Shown in pieces: positions 36,529 to 49,761 of a stretch of 64,000 bases of DNA. A program made the translations under genes and the position numbers. This stretch comes from Anthoceros angustus. Its lineage: Eukaryota > Plantae > Anthocerotophyta. The stretch is from assembly GCA_010909165.1 (NCBI GenBank), contig MU008170.1, positions 496,001 through 560,000 of the forward strand, read 5' to 3'. The notes under the pieces were generated by a model, which worked only from the letters and a program-made list of their open reading frames with translations, was not told the origin of the DNA and did no database searches. How positions within the stretch are numbered: the stretch's first letter is position 1; each line of letters begins with the position of its first letter.

Positions 36529-39500
36529 GGCAGCAATTCGTAGGCGCCTCCCAGCCGGAAGAGAGAGAGAGAGAGACGAAGGAGAGACAGGGGCAGAGGC
36601 AGAGGCAGAGGCAGAGGCAGAGTCCCGAAGCAGGCTATGGCGGAGCAGGAGGCCGAGGCCAAGGCCGAGGCCGGAGCAGGAGCATTGGCAGCAGAGAGCA
36701 GCCCTCCCCTCCCCTCTCCTCTCCTGGTCCGGGTCTCCTCCCGGCTCCTCTGCGCTCCTGTCCTGTCCTGACACTCCTCTGGGTCTGCTGCCTTCCTTCC
36801 CCCTCCCCTCCACTCGCCTCTCCGGCCCTCTCCCAAGAGAGAAGGCTCACGCGCCCACTGGAAGGGAGGGCAGGCCGGAGGCGAGGTTGGGCTGGACCGG
36901 GCTGGGCCAGGCGAGCAGACAACAGTAGCGTGCAGCTGGTGCCGGCAGGGGCGGGACTCGGGAGCAGAGCAGAACGAGGCAGAAGCGGGGACTCGGAGGG
37001 CAGAGAAGAGAGAGAAGTATCCTGGTAACTGCGCGGTGGGCTCTGGGAGCGAGCAGGGGAAGGCTCCGGATTATAAGGGTGGCAGGCCCCGGTCCAGACT
37101 CTGGGTGACGAGGAGGGTCAAGAAGCAGCAGGCAGGCAAGAAGCGGGAGGAGGGCGAAGACGAGGCGGCAGCGGCAGAGCAGATGCGAGATCACGACCCA
37201 TGACGAGCAGCAGGCCTGGCTGGCTGGCTGGCTCCCGCACCTGCCTTGCCTTGCCTGCATTCTCCTCCTCCCTCTCCTTCGCCGGCACTACCCCTTCACT
37301 TCACCTTCCGTTGCACGGCTGGATCTGCTGCTGATGCTCATGCTCATGCTCATCCTCATCCTCATCCTCATACTCATCCTCATGCTCCTGCCTCTTCTTC
37401 TTCTTCCGTTGGGTCCTCTCTCTTGAAGCTCCTCTTCCCCCATGCCCATGGCCGGTTCTTGCCCTGGCCGTGGATGGAGAGATGGACGGCCCGGGTCGGG
37501 CCCCTGTAACTTCTGCCTCTCTCTCAGCAGAAGCAGCTATCCCATGGATCTTGGGACCCCTCCCCCATGCCCTGCCCGGCCCCAGCCAAGCAAGCCCCAG
37601 GATCAACCACCAGCAACCGCCTCTGAAACCTCTTCACTGTCCGTGTGACCGGCATGCAACCGGCTGTAACGCCTCGGGCCTTGGTAGGCCTGGGCAAGAC
37701 CCTGCACAGGCAAGACAGCAGCTGTTCAGGGCCCCTCCATCTTGGCTCGTTTCTTGCAAACCTCCTTCCCGTCACCTGCACGTCCACTAGCCCGTCGCCA
37801 GGTCGACGCCATGCTGCATGTGCACGCCTTGGAAGGCACACGCTTACGATTTCTAACAAGATTACTCGGAATTTGTGTCCTCACAAATTAAATCAGCGCC
37901 CGCAGATAAGCATCGCCACTCACCATGAGATTTGCTCATCTTCCTCCTCTGCTTTGGTGCGACGTGAGACGCATGCAATCGGCAAAGCGTACTCCTCCGC
38001 CTCGAGGACCCCGCCTGACCTGCTCAATCATTGGGTCCAATATTGCTACTACGCGCATAAATGCCGGGCAAAAGTTAACCCACTTTTATGAACATACATT
38101 CGTATTACCTCCTACCGAATGAGCCCCGTTCACACCTGGGGCTGCAGAGCCGGAGCAGTGGACGGCAGAGAAGAGCGGCAGCATCCTTCCGTTGTGGGCT
38201 GTCAGCGAAGCCTGCTCCCGTCCGTTGGACGGCGCAACGGGCGGGCGCCCGTGTCCCCATATCTCTCCTTTTTCTATGCCTGCGGATATCCTCCCCTGGA
38301 GTTGGGTTATTAGCGACAGTGTAAAGCAACACACACAAGAGTTACAGTCTGGAATGGAATAGGCAAAGGCAGAATTCGGGGTTGCCAAAAAAAGGGCTGT
38401 GGGGAAGGAAGGGAGAGACAGGGCACGTTGCCACGATGGTTGATGGTTTCAGGTAGGCTAGGACGCCAGATCCCATGCCATGGGCATCAGACCTGGACCC
38501 GGACAATGACAAGGGAACATGCCATGCAAAATGCACGTATCATAGATTTCTTCTCCTTTCTGCAAGTCCCGTGACACGGAAATTCCGTCTGTGTGCACAA
38601 TTACAGACTTCTCTTCTTCTTCTCCCCATGGTCTGGTGTGCCCTCCTAAGGGTTGTTCCCCCTTGTCTTGGGTAGATGGGTTTTCCCATCTTTTTTCCAT
38701 AATAAAGTCTCCCATGGTTCTTCTTCTTCTACAAGTCCCATGACAGGAAATCCCGTGCACCGGGACTAATAGACTTTTCTTCTTTTATTGTGTCGTACGA
38801 GGTCGATAACCTGTTGCAAAGTACAAGTTATGCAGGCATTAGAAGCAGTGGGGCCAAAGCATCATGCATGATTGGAGGCATCAGCAGCAGCATCTGACAC
38901 CTCCCACGTGTACCTACCCTAGAGCCTAGAAAGTTACCGACTTTGAATGCCAGTTGTCACGCTCCCGACGTGGAGACATGTAAGCCCTAAAGGTGACGGC
39001 ACCGACACTTGGTTGACTAGAGTAGCGCATTGGCATGGCTGCTTGCTTGCCTGTCTCATGCGGTCCTGCCACAACACGACTAGGTCATCCAAACCCACTT
39101 GCCACTTTCTGCATACATATCTAGGATCTACTACTGTGCTGATTGCAAGTTTGAAGCTTTCAAGTTTCCCCCACAAATTCTCTCTTCCTTCACACAATTC
39201 TCCCTTCCTTCGCACAAATCTCTCTTCCTTGACCCAAATCTCTCTTCCTTGACCCAAATCTCTCTTCCTTTACGCAAACGGGCAAACCTCTCTGCCCTCA
39301 TCAAACAATCTCTCTTCCTTCATCACACAATTCTTCTCTTCCTTCCTCAGACAGTCTCTCTTCCTTCACACACCTGGCGTCATTGACGTCACCGAGCCAT
39401 TCACATGGCACTGACAGGGCAGCGGCACCTTCGTTCCCACCGCCCCCTGCAGTGGTTGCTTCTCTCGCTCGCTCGCTCGCGCAGTGTGTTTCATATGTAC

Positions 39501-41112
39501 AAAGGTGAAAACAGTATTTGATGTACTGGGTTGGCACAGGGGTCTGACATCAGTACCTCTTCACCCTTCCGGAGGCAAGCAAAATGCGAGGGCCCGACGA
39601 GGGGGCGGCGAGGCTGATGACATGTTACTGACCTCTCTCATCCCTGCACAGCCGTCAATCGTCCCCCTTCGTTTTCTTGTCATAACATGTAACCTACCTA
39701 GACTAGGCCTAGGCAAAGTAGTCCGACAAAGCGAAAACAGGGAAGTGAACCAGGTGGGTGGCTGGCTGGGCCGGCGACTTGTACCTTTTTGTCGTTGATG
39801 CTCCATACATACACTGCACCGGTATTGTATCTACTGTAGCCACTCAAGACCATACATAAGACCGGAATCCCAGTCGGGACGGCCCCCGGCTGGCCTGGAT
39901 TATCTATGTGGATCTCTTCCCTCCTGGCACCTTCCTGGTGGGGAGCAGACGACACATTGCATGAAAAGCAATGCACGGAACAGGTGCAGGCTTTGCCGGT
40001 CCCTCACGTTTCTCCATGGGCGGCAGTCATTTCCACCCAACGCAAAAGGGCCACCTTGAGGTCACCCGGGGTGGGCTTCACAGGGCTCTGCCGCGGGCAA
40101 CCACCACCGTCTGCTACCCCTGCAAGAAATATATGCATGTACAGTGGGTAAGTACAAAATCGCCTCTCACTTCCATGGGTCACACACAACAGAAGCTGGG
40201 CTGCCACACCTTTACAGCACAGCCTGCTGCTGCAGCCACGGGACGACATGGCAACCCCTTCAATGATGTACCGCCGCTGCACACTGCCACTTCACAAATA
40301 CATACAGCGAGTTGACACTCTGCCAGCCGCATTCAAGTATCTCAGCTCTGCCTGTCAGCTTGTAGGTTCAACACACAAGACTTGTTCAGGCCTCCAATCA
40401 GTTCGGTCATGTGTCGCTCTCACAAAATTGGTTCTGGTTACCGGGGCCGGACTCAACCCTATTGCACTCACTGTCAGCACCAGAGATGAATAGCAGCAGC
40501 ACATGGCGTAGACCTCAAACGATTACATCTAACAGAAGTGACCGCGACATTCCATCCCCCGGTTACAATCCAGTACCCGGGCCATTGATGGCACAGACCA
40601 AATCAGCCAGCAAACGCTTTATTGTCCGCTGAAAGGAGATCGAATAAAACATTGCTCAGACGTTTCTCCAATCCTCTCCTTGGTTACATGAGAACGTACC
40701 CGTCAACTACCCACTAAGTGCATTCAAACTCTATAGATGAGCTCATAAGCCTTGGGTCTCGGAAACCCCCTTCCCAGTGTACAACAAAAGCCATGAATTG
40801 CACAAGTGCTGACAGCCAGCCAACGACAGACTGTCCACTCTTCATGGGAACAAACCGAAAACTGTCTACGTGGAATTTTTCAAAAAGTCAGTTCCCACCA
40901 TGGCTGATCGTCGCAAGCTGCGCTTTCTGCATTCACAAAAGGTTGGTATCCCTTATCTGACCACACAGCCACACATCGTCATTGACAATTGTGTTCATCA
41001 AGGGTCTCTGACCCATGCTTTCTGACTCATCCCTGTTCTCAATGTCAAGTTTGATCTTCTGAGAGAGATCTTCAAGACTTCCTTCTCCACTTCTCCCTAA
41101 TCTGACTCAAGC

Positions 41113-41631
41113 TCATCTTCTAACAAATTTGGGCCTTTGAGCCTTCTTTTCCAACTTCTCCCTCCGCTTTTTTGTCTTGGCATCCTCTGCCCCAGACTCT
41201 GACGATCCCTGAAAGATGAAGGGATGAAGCACCACCTGCCAAAGCTTGTACAGAGCGAAAGCTGGAATGACCAGGTAGATGTACCACAAATAGTCTGAGA
41301 TTATGGACAAGACCTGCACTAAAGCGGTGACGTACACAACATCGTGGAGGTACCCTGTGAGACCTCCCAGATTCATATCAGAGCCACCATCTAAAAGCTC
41401 TCCATTTTCTCCAAATACTGGCTTTGCCATGCCTGACAGCTGACTGTAGGTGAAGTAGTACACTCCAGAGGTAAACGCCAGCCCAACCCAGTGCTTCCAC
41501 GTGAAGCTGGAATAGAAAATGCCCAACCTCGCAATGAGGTAGACCAGGTTGCATCCGAGGATGACATAACGGAGGATTTGAAGGTGCTTATCATTTTCCT
41601 CCTTCCTCTTCTTGGCGCCCTTGTTTGCCAT
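41113..41631 (-). CDS. TMEM208: TMEM208/SND2 (DUF788) membrane protein, intronless
   Basis: MANKGAKKRKEEN...GELLDGGSDMNLGGLTGYLHDVVYVTALVQVLSIISDYLWYIYLVIPAFALYKLW...KRREKLEKKAQRPKF matches the family motifs; ATG at 41631. Confidence 0.92.
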   Translation of the reverse strand: MANKGAKKRKEENDKHLQILRYVILGCNLVYLIARLGIFYSSFTWKHWVGLAFTSGVYYFTYSQLSGMAKPVFGENGELLDGGSDMNLGGLTGYLHDVVYVTALVQVLSIISDYLWYIYLVIPAFALYKLWQVVLHPFIFQGSSESGAEDAKTKKRREKLEKKAQRPKFVRR

Positions 41632-42344
41632 GGCAGCTGATGCTTGTGAAATACACTCCTGAGTCCTCAAGAAAAAACACTACTGTCAGAAAAATGGCAT
41701 GTCTATAATTCGTGCATCTTACTGTCAACCCAAACTGGAAAACCATGAGAACCATCGTCAGTTCTAAGACGCCTAAAACACTCAGCAACTTGGAGAATAC
41801 GGTTTGTGATGCAAGACTAATACAGGGACTCATACTTCCTTTGGCGACGATCAGAGTAAGCTGTCAAAAGACCGTCCAGTGAAATTGTCACCTAAGCGTT
41901 AAGCAGCATGGGATCAACAGCTGTGCAATTCCTGAAGTCCTTCACTCCTTGACGAGAAACACAGCAAGATGCGACAAGCTCTCTACAACAGCCAAAATAT
42001 CTGGGTATCTATCAGAGTGCAGCAGAAAGAATCGCGAAGCATACAGAAGAAAACTTACACACTTCAAGCTTGTGCCGTCGAAATATACTTTGAGGAGGCT
42101 GCGAGCGACGGACGCTGTCAAGTCCCTGAGATAGAGAACCACCGTCACCCTGACGATGCATCGGTCTCTCAGGCAGCAGGGAGCAGGGAATCCCGGAAGC
42201 CTGAAGTACAGATTAGGTCGAACAGGGAAAAGACGAGAAGCCTGGAGGAAAGTAAATTTTTTTCATTTGCGGCTAACGCGGTGATCTGTGATTTTTGCAT
42301 CCAGGAATGCGTGATCGCGGGAGGAAGGGCAAGGCGAGGTTCCA

Positions 42345-43249
42345 GCTGCTGCAGCAATGAAGGCCCTGGCGAGAGTGCACCCAGGCGCATCCACAGCCGT
42401 GGCTGTGGCTCTGCAATCAGCCATCCAGCCCTCTGCATCGCGGTCCCGCCTCATGCTTTCGGCATGTGCTTCTTTGCCTTCATCTGCGGTGGCCTCTTCC
42501 TCCTCTCCTCTCAGCTCCAGCTTCTGCACAGGATTTTGCCTTTCGAGACATGGCAGGATGGGATTTTTGTGTGCTGGTAGCACGGTAGACGGGGAGAGGA
42601 ACTTGACGGGCAGTTCGGTGAGACTGACTGAGAGCTCCTTCTCGGCTGCCAGACGGAGTGCCAGTGCGTCGTCGGAGCTGCTTCCTGTGGTGTCTGAGAA
42701 GGAGGATGTTCAGGTGGCAGAGCAATCGGGTTCCTCAGCTGTCTCGGGATCGGAAGAGGAGGCAGGGAGTGGAAGGCCTTCTTGGCGTGCCAGCATTGAT
42801 TTCAGGTGGATGCGGGAGAAGCAGGATGAGATTGCGGAGAATATACGGAACAGGAAGTCCGGGGAACGTGGAGCTCGTGGTGCAGCTTTACGAGCAGTTT
42901 TGCAGCCTGAACCTGGAGGCGGACAGGCTGCGAGCGGAGAGGAATGCCGTAGCGAAGATGATGAAGGGCAAGCTTGATGCTGCCAAGAGGGAGGAGCTTA
43001 TTGAGCAAGGGAAGGAGCTGAAGGATCAGCTGGCCGGGCTGGAATCCGAGCTTGCGGTTCTGGAAGATGGTTTGCAGCGGGAGGGGCAGCGGATTCCGAA
43101 CATGACGCACCCGAGTGTGCCTGTGGGATCTGAGGATGTAGCTGTTGAGAGGAAGGTGGTAGGGAGTCCGAGAGAGTTCAACTTTGCAGTCCGGGATCAT
43201 GTGGATCTGGGGCTGGCTCTCGATCTGTTCGACTTTGAAGCTGCTGCAG
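42345..43249 (+). pseudogene. 5'-half tandem duplicate of the seryl-tRNA synthetase gene (truncated, frameshifted)
   Basis: 895-bp unit nearly identical to 43240-44145; ATG at 42357; ends at DLFDFEAAA and joins copy 2 through GCTGCYGCAG. Confidence 0.8.
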
Positions 43250-43251
43250 CA

Positions 43252-44999
43252 ATGAAGGCCCTGGCGAGAGTGCACCAGGCGCATCCACAGCCGTGGCTGT
43301 GGCTCTGCAATCAGCCATCCAGCCCTCTGCATCGCGGTCCCGCCTCATGCTTTCGGCATGTGCTTTGCCTTCATCTGCGGTGGCCTCTTCCTCCTCTCCT
43401 CTCAGCTCCAGCTTCTGCACAGGATTTTGCCTTTCGAGACATGGCAGGATGGGATTTTTGTGTGCTGGTAGCACGGTAGACGGGGAGAGGAACTTGACGG
43501 GCAGTTCGGTGAGACTGACTGAGAGCTCCTTCTCGGCTGCCAGACGGAGTGCCAGTGCGTCGTCGGAGCTGCTTCCTGTGGTGTCTGAGAAGGAGGATGT
43601 TCAGGTGGCAGAGCAATCGGGTTCCTCAGCTGTCTCGGGATCGGAAGAGGAGGCAGGGAGTGCGGGAAGGCCTTCTTGGCGTGCCAGCATTGATTTCAGG
43701 TGGATGCGGGAGAAGCAGGATGAGATTGCGGAGAATATACGGAACAGGAAGTCCGGGGGGAACGTGGAGCTCGTGGTGCAGCTTTACGAGCAGTTTTGCA
43801 GCCTGAACCTGGAGGCGGACAGGCTGCGAGCGGAGAGGAATGCCGTAGCGAAGATGATGAAGGGCAAGCTTGATGCTGCCAAGAGGGAGGAGCTTATTGA
43901 GCAAGGGAAGGAGCTGAAGGATCAGCTGGCCGGGCTGGAATCCGAGCTTGCGGTTCTGGAAGATGGTTTGCAGCGGGAGGGGCAGCGGATTCCGAACATG
44001 ACGCACCCGAGTGTGCCTGTGGGATCTGAGGATGTAGCTGTTGAGAGGAAGGTGGTAGGGAGTCCGAGAGAGTTCAACTTTGCAGTCCGGGATCATGTGG
44101 ATCTGGGGCTGGCTCTCGATCTGTTCGACTTTGAAGCTGCCGCAGTGGTGAGTGGCAACAAATTCTACTATCTTAAGAACGAGGCAGTGTTATTGGAGAT
44201 GGCACTCATCAACTGGACACTGTCGCAGCTTCAGGCCAAGGGTTTTGTGCTCCTCACAACACCGGATCTTGTCAGGTCTAGCGTGCTGGAGAAATGCGGG
44301 TTTCAGCCTCGAGGTGCTAACACTCAGGTTTACTCTGTGGAAGGCACGGATCTGTGCCTGACAGGGACGGCAGAGGTTCCTCTAGGCGGGCTATACATGG
44401 ACAAGATACTGCCCGAGTCTGCTCTGCCTGTGAAGCTGGTTGCATTTTCTCACTGCTTCCGGACAGAGGCAGGAGCTGCTGGTGCTGCCACTAGGGGTCT
44501 CTACCGAGTGCACCAGTTCAGCAAGGTGGAAATGTTTGCACTTTGCAGACCAGATGAGAGCAATGCCCTTCATGAGGAGCTGATTACCATCGAAGAAGAA
44601 CTCTTCACCTCGCTGGGCCTGCATTTCAAGATTTTGGACATGTCCACTGAGGACCTAGGAGCTCCTGCCCACAGAAAATTCGACGTGGAGGCTTGGATGC
44701 CTGGACTTGGTCGGTATGGTGAGATCTCCAGTGCATCTAACTGCACCGACTATCAGAGCCGACGGTTGAACATCCGGTTCAGGCCCGAGTCGTCTGCAGC
44801 TCCTAAATCGCCAGCGAAACCCAAACTGCCATCTCCCCAATTTGTACACACTCTGAATGCCACTGCCTGCGCTATCCCGAGGATGATGGTAGCCATTTTT
44901 GAGAACTTCCAACAAGAGGACGGCTCGGTGGCAATACCCGAGGTGTTAAGGCCTTTCATGGGAGGCCTAGCGGCCATCTCTCCTAAAGGTAAAAGATAA
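43252..44999 (+). CDS. SerRS: Organellar (plastid/mitochondrial-type) seryl-tRNA synthetase, intronless
   Basis: Coiled-coil arm, [78 protein letters not shown] and [12 protein letters not shown]; Ser/Ala-rich transit-like N-terminus. Starting at ATG 43252 requires restoring one C (GTGCACCAGG here vs GTGCACCCAGG in copy 1). Confidence 0.95.
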
Positions 45000-45923
45000 A
45001 ACCGCTCGGGGAGTCTGAGAACAAAACCAGTAAGTAGTGATATGAGATTGATTCAGCTTTGTTCCGATGTATCTTCAGTTAGTGGAAGAGCGGAACAAGG
45101 CTGAATCAAGCTTTAGAAAGCTTCGTCCTATACAATCTAGGCGAATTGGTGAATCACCACAGCCTACTAACTTTCTACCTGGTCAGCTTCTCGGTTGGAA
45201 ATTGTGATGAATATTAACCATTGGACACTGAAGTTGAAACGGAGAGAGCAGAGCGGGAATGCCTATTGACATGATGGTTCCATCACCTTATTTGGTGGAA
45301 GAACATTTGTAATATACAGATCGGCAAGGTTGCTGCATCTGTCTACTTACAGAGCAGATTGAAATAGGGTTTAGGGTTGCACCTGCAGAGAATGTGTGTG
45401 CTTACAGCCAGGACTGTGCAACGAGACCTCCCCCAAGAATACATACGTCTATGCATACGTGCCCTCAAGTAGAGAGGATCGGTCGAGGATCTGAGATGCT
45501 CAATAGGTTAAAACTACATCCTCTCCTCTCTCCCTACGCAGGATCAACAGCATGTGTTAGCCCATCCATCTGGCATTCGGAGCGTGACTCACCAGTCCCT
45601 TCCTTGCCAAATGCCCGCACTGGGGTCATGTTACGAGAACATATGCTGTGAGGAAGCCAATAATCTTGACAAGAAGGGCAAGGCCGGGAACAATTCCACA
45701 GACTTCTGGTCCTGCATGGCAAGGAAACTAGGTCACTCCTGCAGGGGCATCAATCAAGTCGAAATTCCAGCATCAACAGAGGAGCAGCCTGGAACCATGA
45801 CATACCCCTAGACCAGGTTAATGTGAAGCTAGCTGGAGCAGAAACGCTCCCGAAGGTAAAGGGGGAAGGTCTTGGTGCAGTTCAACTTGGGCAATGATTA
45901 CAGGTACTGAGCCACTTCGAGGC

Positions 45924-46535
45924 TCAAAGTACCCAAGCCAAATCTTCCACATCCACCCCGGCATACTCACACAGCTCCACTTGCAGTTCCCGTGCATACG
46001 TTTTCATCTCCTGTATCGTGGCCTGCACTCCGGCCATGAGCCGCTCCCGCCGCCTCTCCCTCTCCGAATCCAACCACTCGGCTAACGTCATCCCCCGAGA
46101 GTCCGCCACCTTTCCTTCTTTCCTCTCTTCCGCCTGCACTCCCTCAGGTGCCCTCGCCTCCGGAACCCTAGCTTCTTGAACCCTCAGTTCCTGCCATGAG
46201 GGTTTCGCCTGCTCTACACCCTCCCCTGGACCGTCACCACCACCGATATCCGGGCCGACCGAGATGACATCTCCCGTCTTGAGACCGACCGGAACATTGG
46301 CATCCAGCATCACCCCATTGTGAAAGGTCCCGTTTGAGCTGCCCACGTCCTGCAGCACCCATTGCTCTCCCTTCCACTCGATCAGGGCATGCTTTTGCGA
46401 CACGGTGGATTCCTTGATCTGGAAGACATTGGCCCTGGTCCGGCCAACAGTCACGCGCTTCTTCCTGCCGCTCCGGCAGACCAAGCCTGCAAGCTCCCCT
46501 TCCTCCACAGACAGCGTCAGCTCCGGGTGCACCAT
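45924..46535 (-). CDS. FHA-domain protein, intronless (local indel near 46230)
   Basis: VTVGRTRANVFQIKESTVSQKHALIEW...LQDVGSSNGTFHNG...LKTGDVISVG (GR, SxxH and NGT FHA motifs); C-terminal MTLAEW. Comparison with the second copy restores PDIVAVVTVQGE. Confidence 0.9.
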   Translation of the reverse strand: MVHPELTLSVEEGELAGLVCRSGRKKRVTVGRTRANVFQIKESTVSQKHALIEWKGEQWVLQDVGSSNGTFHNGVMLDANVPVGLKTGDVISVGPDIGGGDGPGEGVEQAKPSWQELRVQEARVPEARAPEGVQAEERKEGKVADSRGMTLAEWLDSERERRRERLMAGVQATIQEMKTYARELQVELCEYAGVDVEDLAWVL

Positions 46536-47297
46536 TTGTTCCTACCCGGACACCATGCAGCGCCGCAGCTCCAAGAACAGAGGCTTGTTTACAAGACAGA
46601 CTATCTCGGGTCCATCCAACCTTCCTCTCCAAGGCCTTCTGAAGTGCGAAAACCTAACCACCCAGAGCAAGCTCCGGCCAGCATCCTCCAGGACCGAACA
46701 TGATCCCAGTAGCTGTGCCCCTCAAGAGTACAACTTTGTGGTTGGACATAACAGAGTGCAGGCAAAGCCGCATCGGCGTGGTTCCAACACACTGGACAAC
46801 ATCATGCGGCAAAAATACTGTGAGCGCACAGACAACGCATGAACACTTATCACCCTCAACTTCGCAGCACAGGCAAGGCCATTCTCACTTCGAGACGCTG
46901 GCGCAGCGGAGCTCGATTCTCTGCTCTGCGCATGAGCCAAAAGCGCTCAAGAATGAGGAGCCCGTGAAAGAGCTGTTGAAGCTACGGCACGCGGAGCTCG
47001 CCAATTCAAAATCTAAACTTTGTCCTTTACAGGAGGGAAATTCTCGGGTGAATGTTCCTTTTATCTTTAACAATGTATTTCATGTCTAAAAGAAAAAATA
47101 TTCAAACACTCATAGATTTTAAAAAATGACCGTCACCGAACTTTGTGGGCGCAGAAGCTTCTAGAGATCCCATATTTCTGCCTACAAGACATGGGGCAAG
47201 ACATGGAGACATGGGGCTGAGCGTGAAGGAAGTCAGGGACTTCGGCGGATGTTGACAACCCTTGAAGACGAAACAAGTGTCCACGATGTGGGCTCGC

Positions 47298-47890
47298 TTA
47301 CCTCAAGGCTCCTGGGATTGCAGCCACATATATCTCCGATGATACAGATAATTCTATATAATTGGTTTTGCCCCAGCTTCTCCAACCTGGTCGATAGCAG
47401 ATTGTCTCCATCCACAAATCCACCACGACTCCAAGTTTGTACAAAGCGTCCATTCCCAGCAAGACATCAAATGTGTCTACATCAGTGACCAAGTAGTGAC
47501 CATCAGTGACCAAGTAGTGACCATCATTGACCAAGTAGTGTGACAAAGGTGAAGTCAATTGTTCTTGGTTTGAATGAAACCTTGAACTTGTATTCACAAA
47601 CTCAATCCTATAATCCGTCCGGAGTATCTTAAGTAAGTGACCAGACTGCCTCTGTGCTGTAACAAGCCAATCCTTGAAGTGGTCAAAGATGTCACTTTTG
47701 AGCTTCATAGGGTAGGTCCATGAGTATCGACTAAAGTCATCTGTCAATGTGAAATAATAGAGGGAACCTCTTAAGGACGGTTCATGAATCTTGCCTGAAA
47801 TGTTTGCATGGACTAATTCAAGGATCGCCTCTGGCCCTATGTGCATGTTTTGGAACTAGGAGCTCCCTCTACTTCGCTAAAATGCAAGAC
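47298..47890 (-). mobile_element. Chimeric retroelement fragment: copia integrase core fused to a gypsy-type protease C-terminus
   Basis: LELVHANISG...YYFTLTDDFSRYSWTYPMKLKSDIFDHFKDW...LKILRTD, then 3x HYLVxDG (21-bp repeat), then FDVLLGMDALYKLGVVVDLWMETICYRPGW. Confidence 0.7.
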
Positions 47891-49761
47891 TCACACAGCT
47901 CCACTTGCAGTTCCTGCATACGTTTTCATCTCCTGTATCGTGGCCTGCACTCCGGCCATGAGCTCCCGCCGCCTCCCTCCGAATCCAACCACTGGCTAAC
48001 GTCATCCCCCGAGAGTCCGCCACCTTTCCTTCTTTCCTCTCTTCCGCCTGCACTCCCTCAGGTGCCCTCGCCTCCGGAACCCTAGCTTCTTGAACCCTCA
48101 GTTCCTGCCATGAGGGTTTCGCCTGCTCTACACCCTCCCCCTGGACCGTCACCACCGCCACGATATCCGGGCCGACCGAGATGACATCTCCCGTCTTGAG
48201 ACCGACCGGAACATTGGCATCCAGCATCACCCCATTGTGAAAGGTCCCGTTTGAGCTGCCCACGTCCTGCAGCACCCATTGCTCTCCACTCGATCAGGCA
48301 TGCTTTTGCGACACGGTGGATTCCTTGATCTGGAAGACATTGGCCCTGGTCCGGCCAACAGTCACGCGCTTCTTCCTGCCGCTCCGGCAGACCAAGCCTG
48401 CAAGCTCCCCTTCCTCCACAGACAGCGTCAGCTCCGGGTGCACCATTTGTTCCTACCCGGACACCATGCAGCGCCGCAGCTCCAAGAACAGAGGCTTGTT
48501 TACAAGACAGACTATCTCGGGTCCATCCAACCTTCCTCTCCAAGGCCTTCTGAAGTGCGAAAACCTAACCACCCAGAGCAAGCTCCGCCAGCATCCTCCA
48601 GGACCGAACATGATCCCAGTAGCTGTGCCCTCAAGAGTACAACTTTGTGGTTGGACATAACAGAGTGCAGGCAAAGCCGCATCGGCGTGGTTCCAACACA
48701 CTGGACAACATCATGCGGCAAAAATACTGTGAGCGCACAGACAACGCATGAACACTTATCACCCTCAACTTCGCAGCACAGGCAAGGCCATTCTCACTTC
48801 GAGACGCTGGCGCAGCGGAGCTCGATTCTCTGCTCTGCGCATGAGCCAAAAGCGCTCAAGAATGAGGAGCCCGTGAAAGAGCCGTTGGAAGCTACGGCAC
48901 GCGGGAGCTCGCCAATTCAAAATCTAAACTTTGTCCTTTACAGGAGGGAAATTCTCGGGTGAATGTTCCTTTTATCTTTAACAATGTATTTCATGTCTAA
49001 AAGAAAAAATATTCAAACACTCATAGATTTTAAAAAATGACCGTCACCGAACTTTGTGGGCGCAGAAGCTTCTAGAGATCCCATATTTCTGCCTACAAGA
49101 CATGGGGCAAGACATGGAGACATAACATGGCGTGAAGTCGGGGACTTGGATGTTGACAACCTTGAAGATTTAAATAAGTGTCCACTGTGGGCTCATATTC
49201 TCAAGGCTATACACAGCCACATATATCGGCGATAATCATAATTGGTTTTGCCCTCCAACCTCGGGTCGATAGTGCATTGTCTCCATCCACAAATCCACCA
49301 CGACTCCAAGTTTGTACAAAGCGTCCATTCCCAGCAAGACATCAAATGTGTCTACATCGGACCAAGTAGTGACCATCGGTGACCAAGTAGTGACCATCAT
49401 TGACCAAGTAGTGTGACAAAGGTGAAGTCAATTGTTCTTGGTTTGAATGAAACCTTGAACTTGTATTCACAAACTCAATCCTATAATCCGTCCGGAGTAT
49501 CTTAAGCAGAGTGACCGGGCCTGTCAGTAACAAGCCAATCCTTGAAGTGGTCAAAGATGTCACTTTTGAGCTTCATAGGGTAGGTCCATGAGTATCGACT
49601 AAAGTCATCTGTCAATGTGAAATAATAGAGGGAACCTCTTAAGGACGGTTCATGAATCTTGCCTGAAATGTTTGCATGGACTAATTCAAGGATCGCCTCT
49701 GGCCCTATGTGCATGTTTTGGAACTAGGAGCTCCCTCTACTTCGCTAAAATGCAAGACTCA
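47889..49761 (-). repeat. Tandem duplicate (~1.92 kb) of 45964-47893, including a frameshifted FHA copy and retroelement fragments
   Basis: Near-identical sequence with many 1-nt deletions; ACTCA shared at the junction. Confidence 0.85.

Noticed and set aside
42357-43479. A separate second SerRS or a novel fusion ORF
   Set aside because: It is a truncated tandem copy lacking the catalytic domain; the frames break at homopolymer indels.
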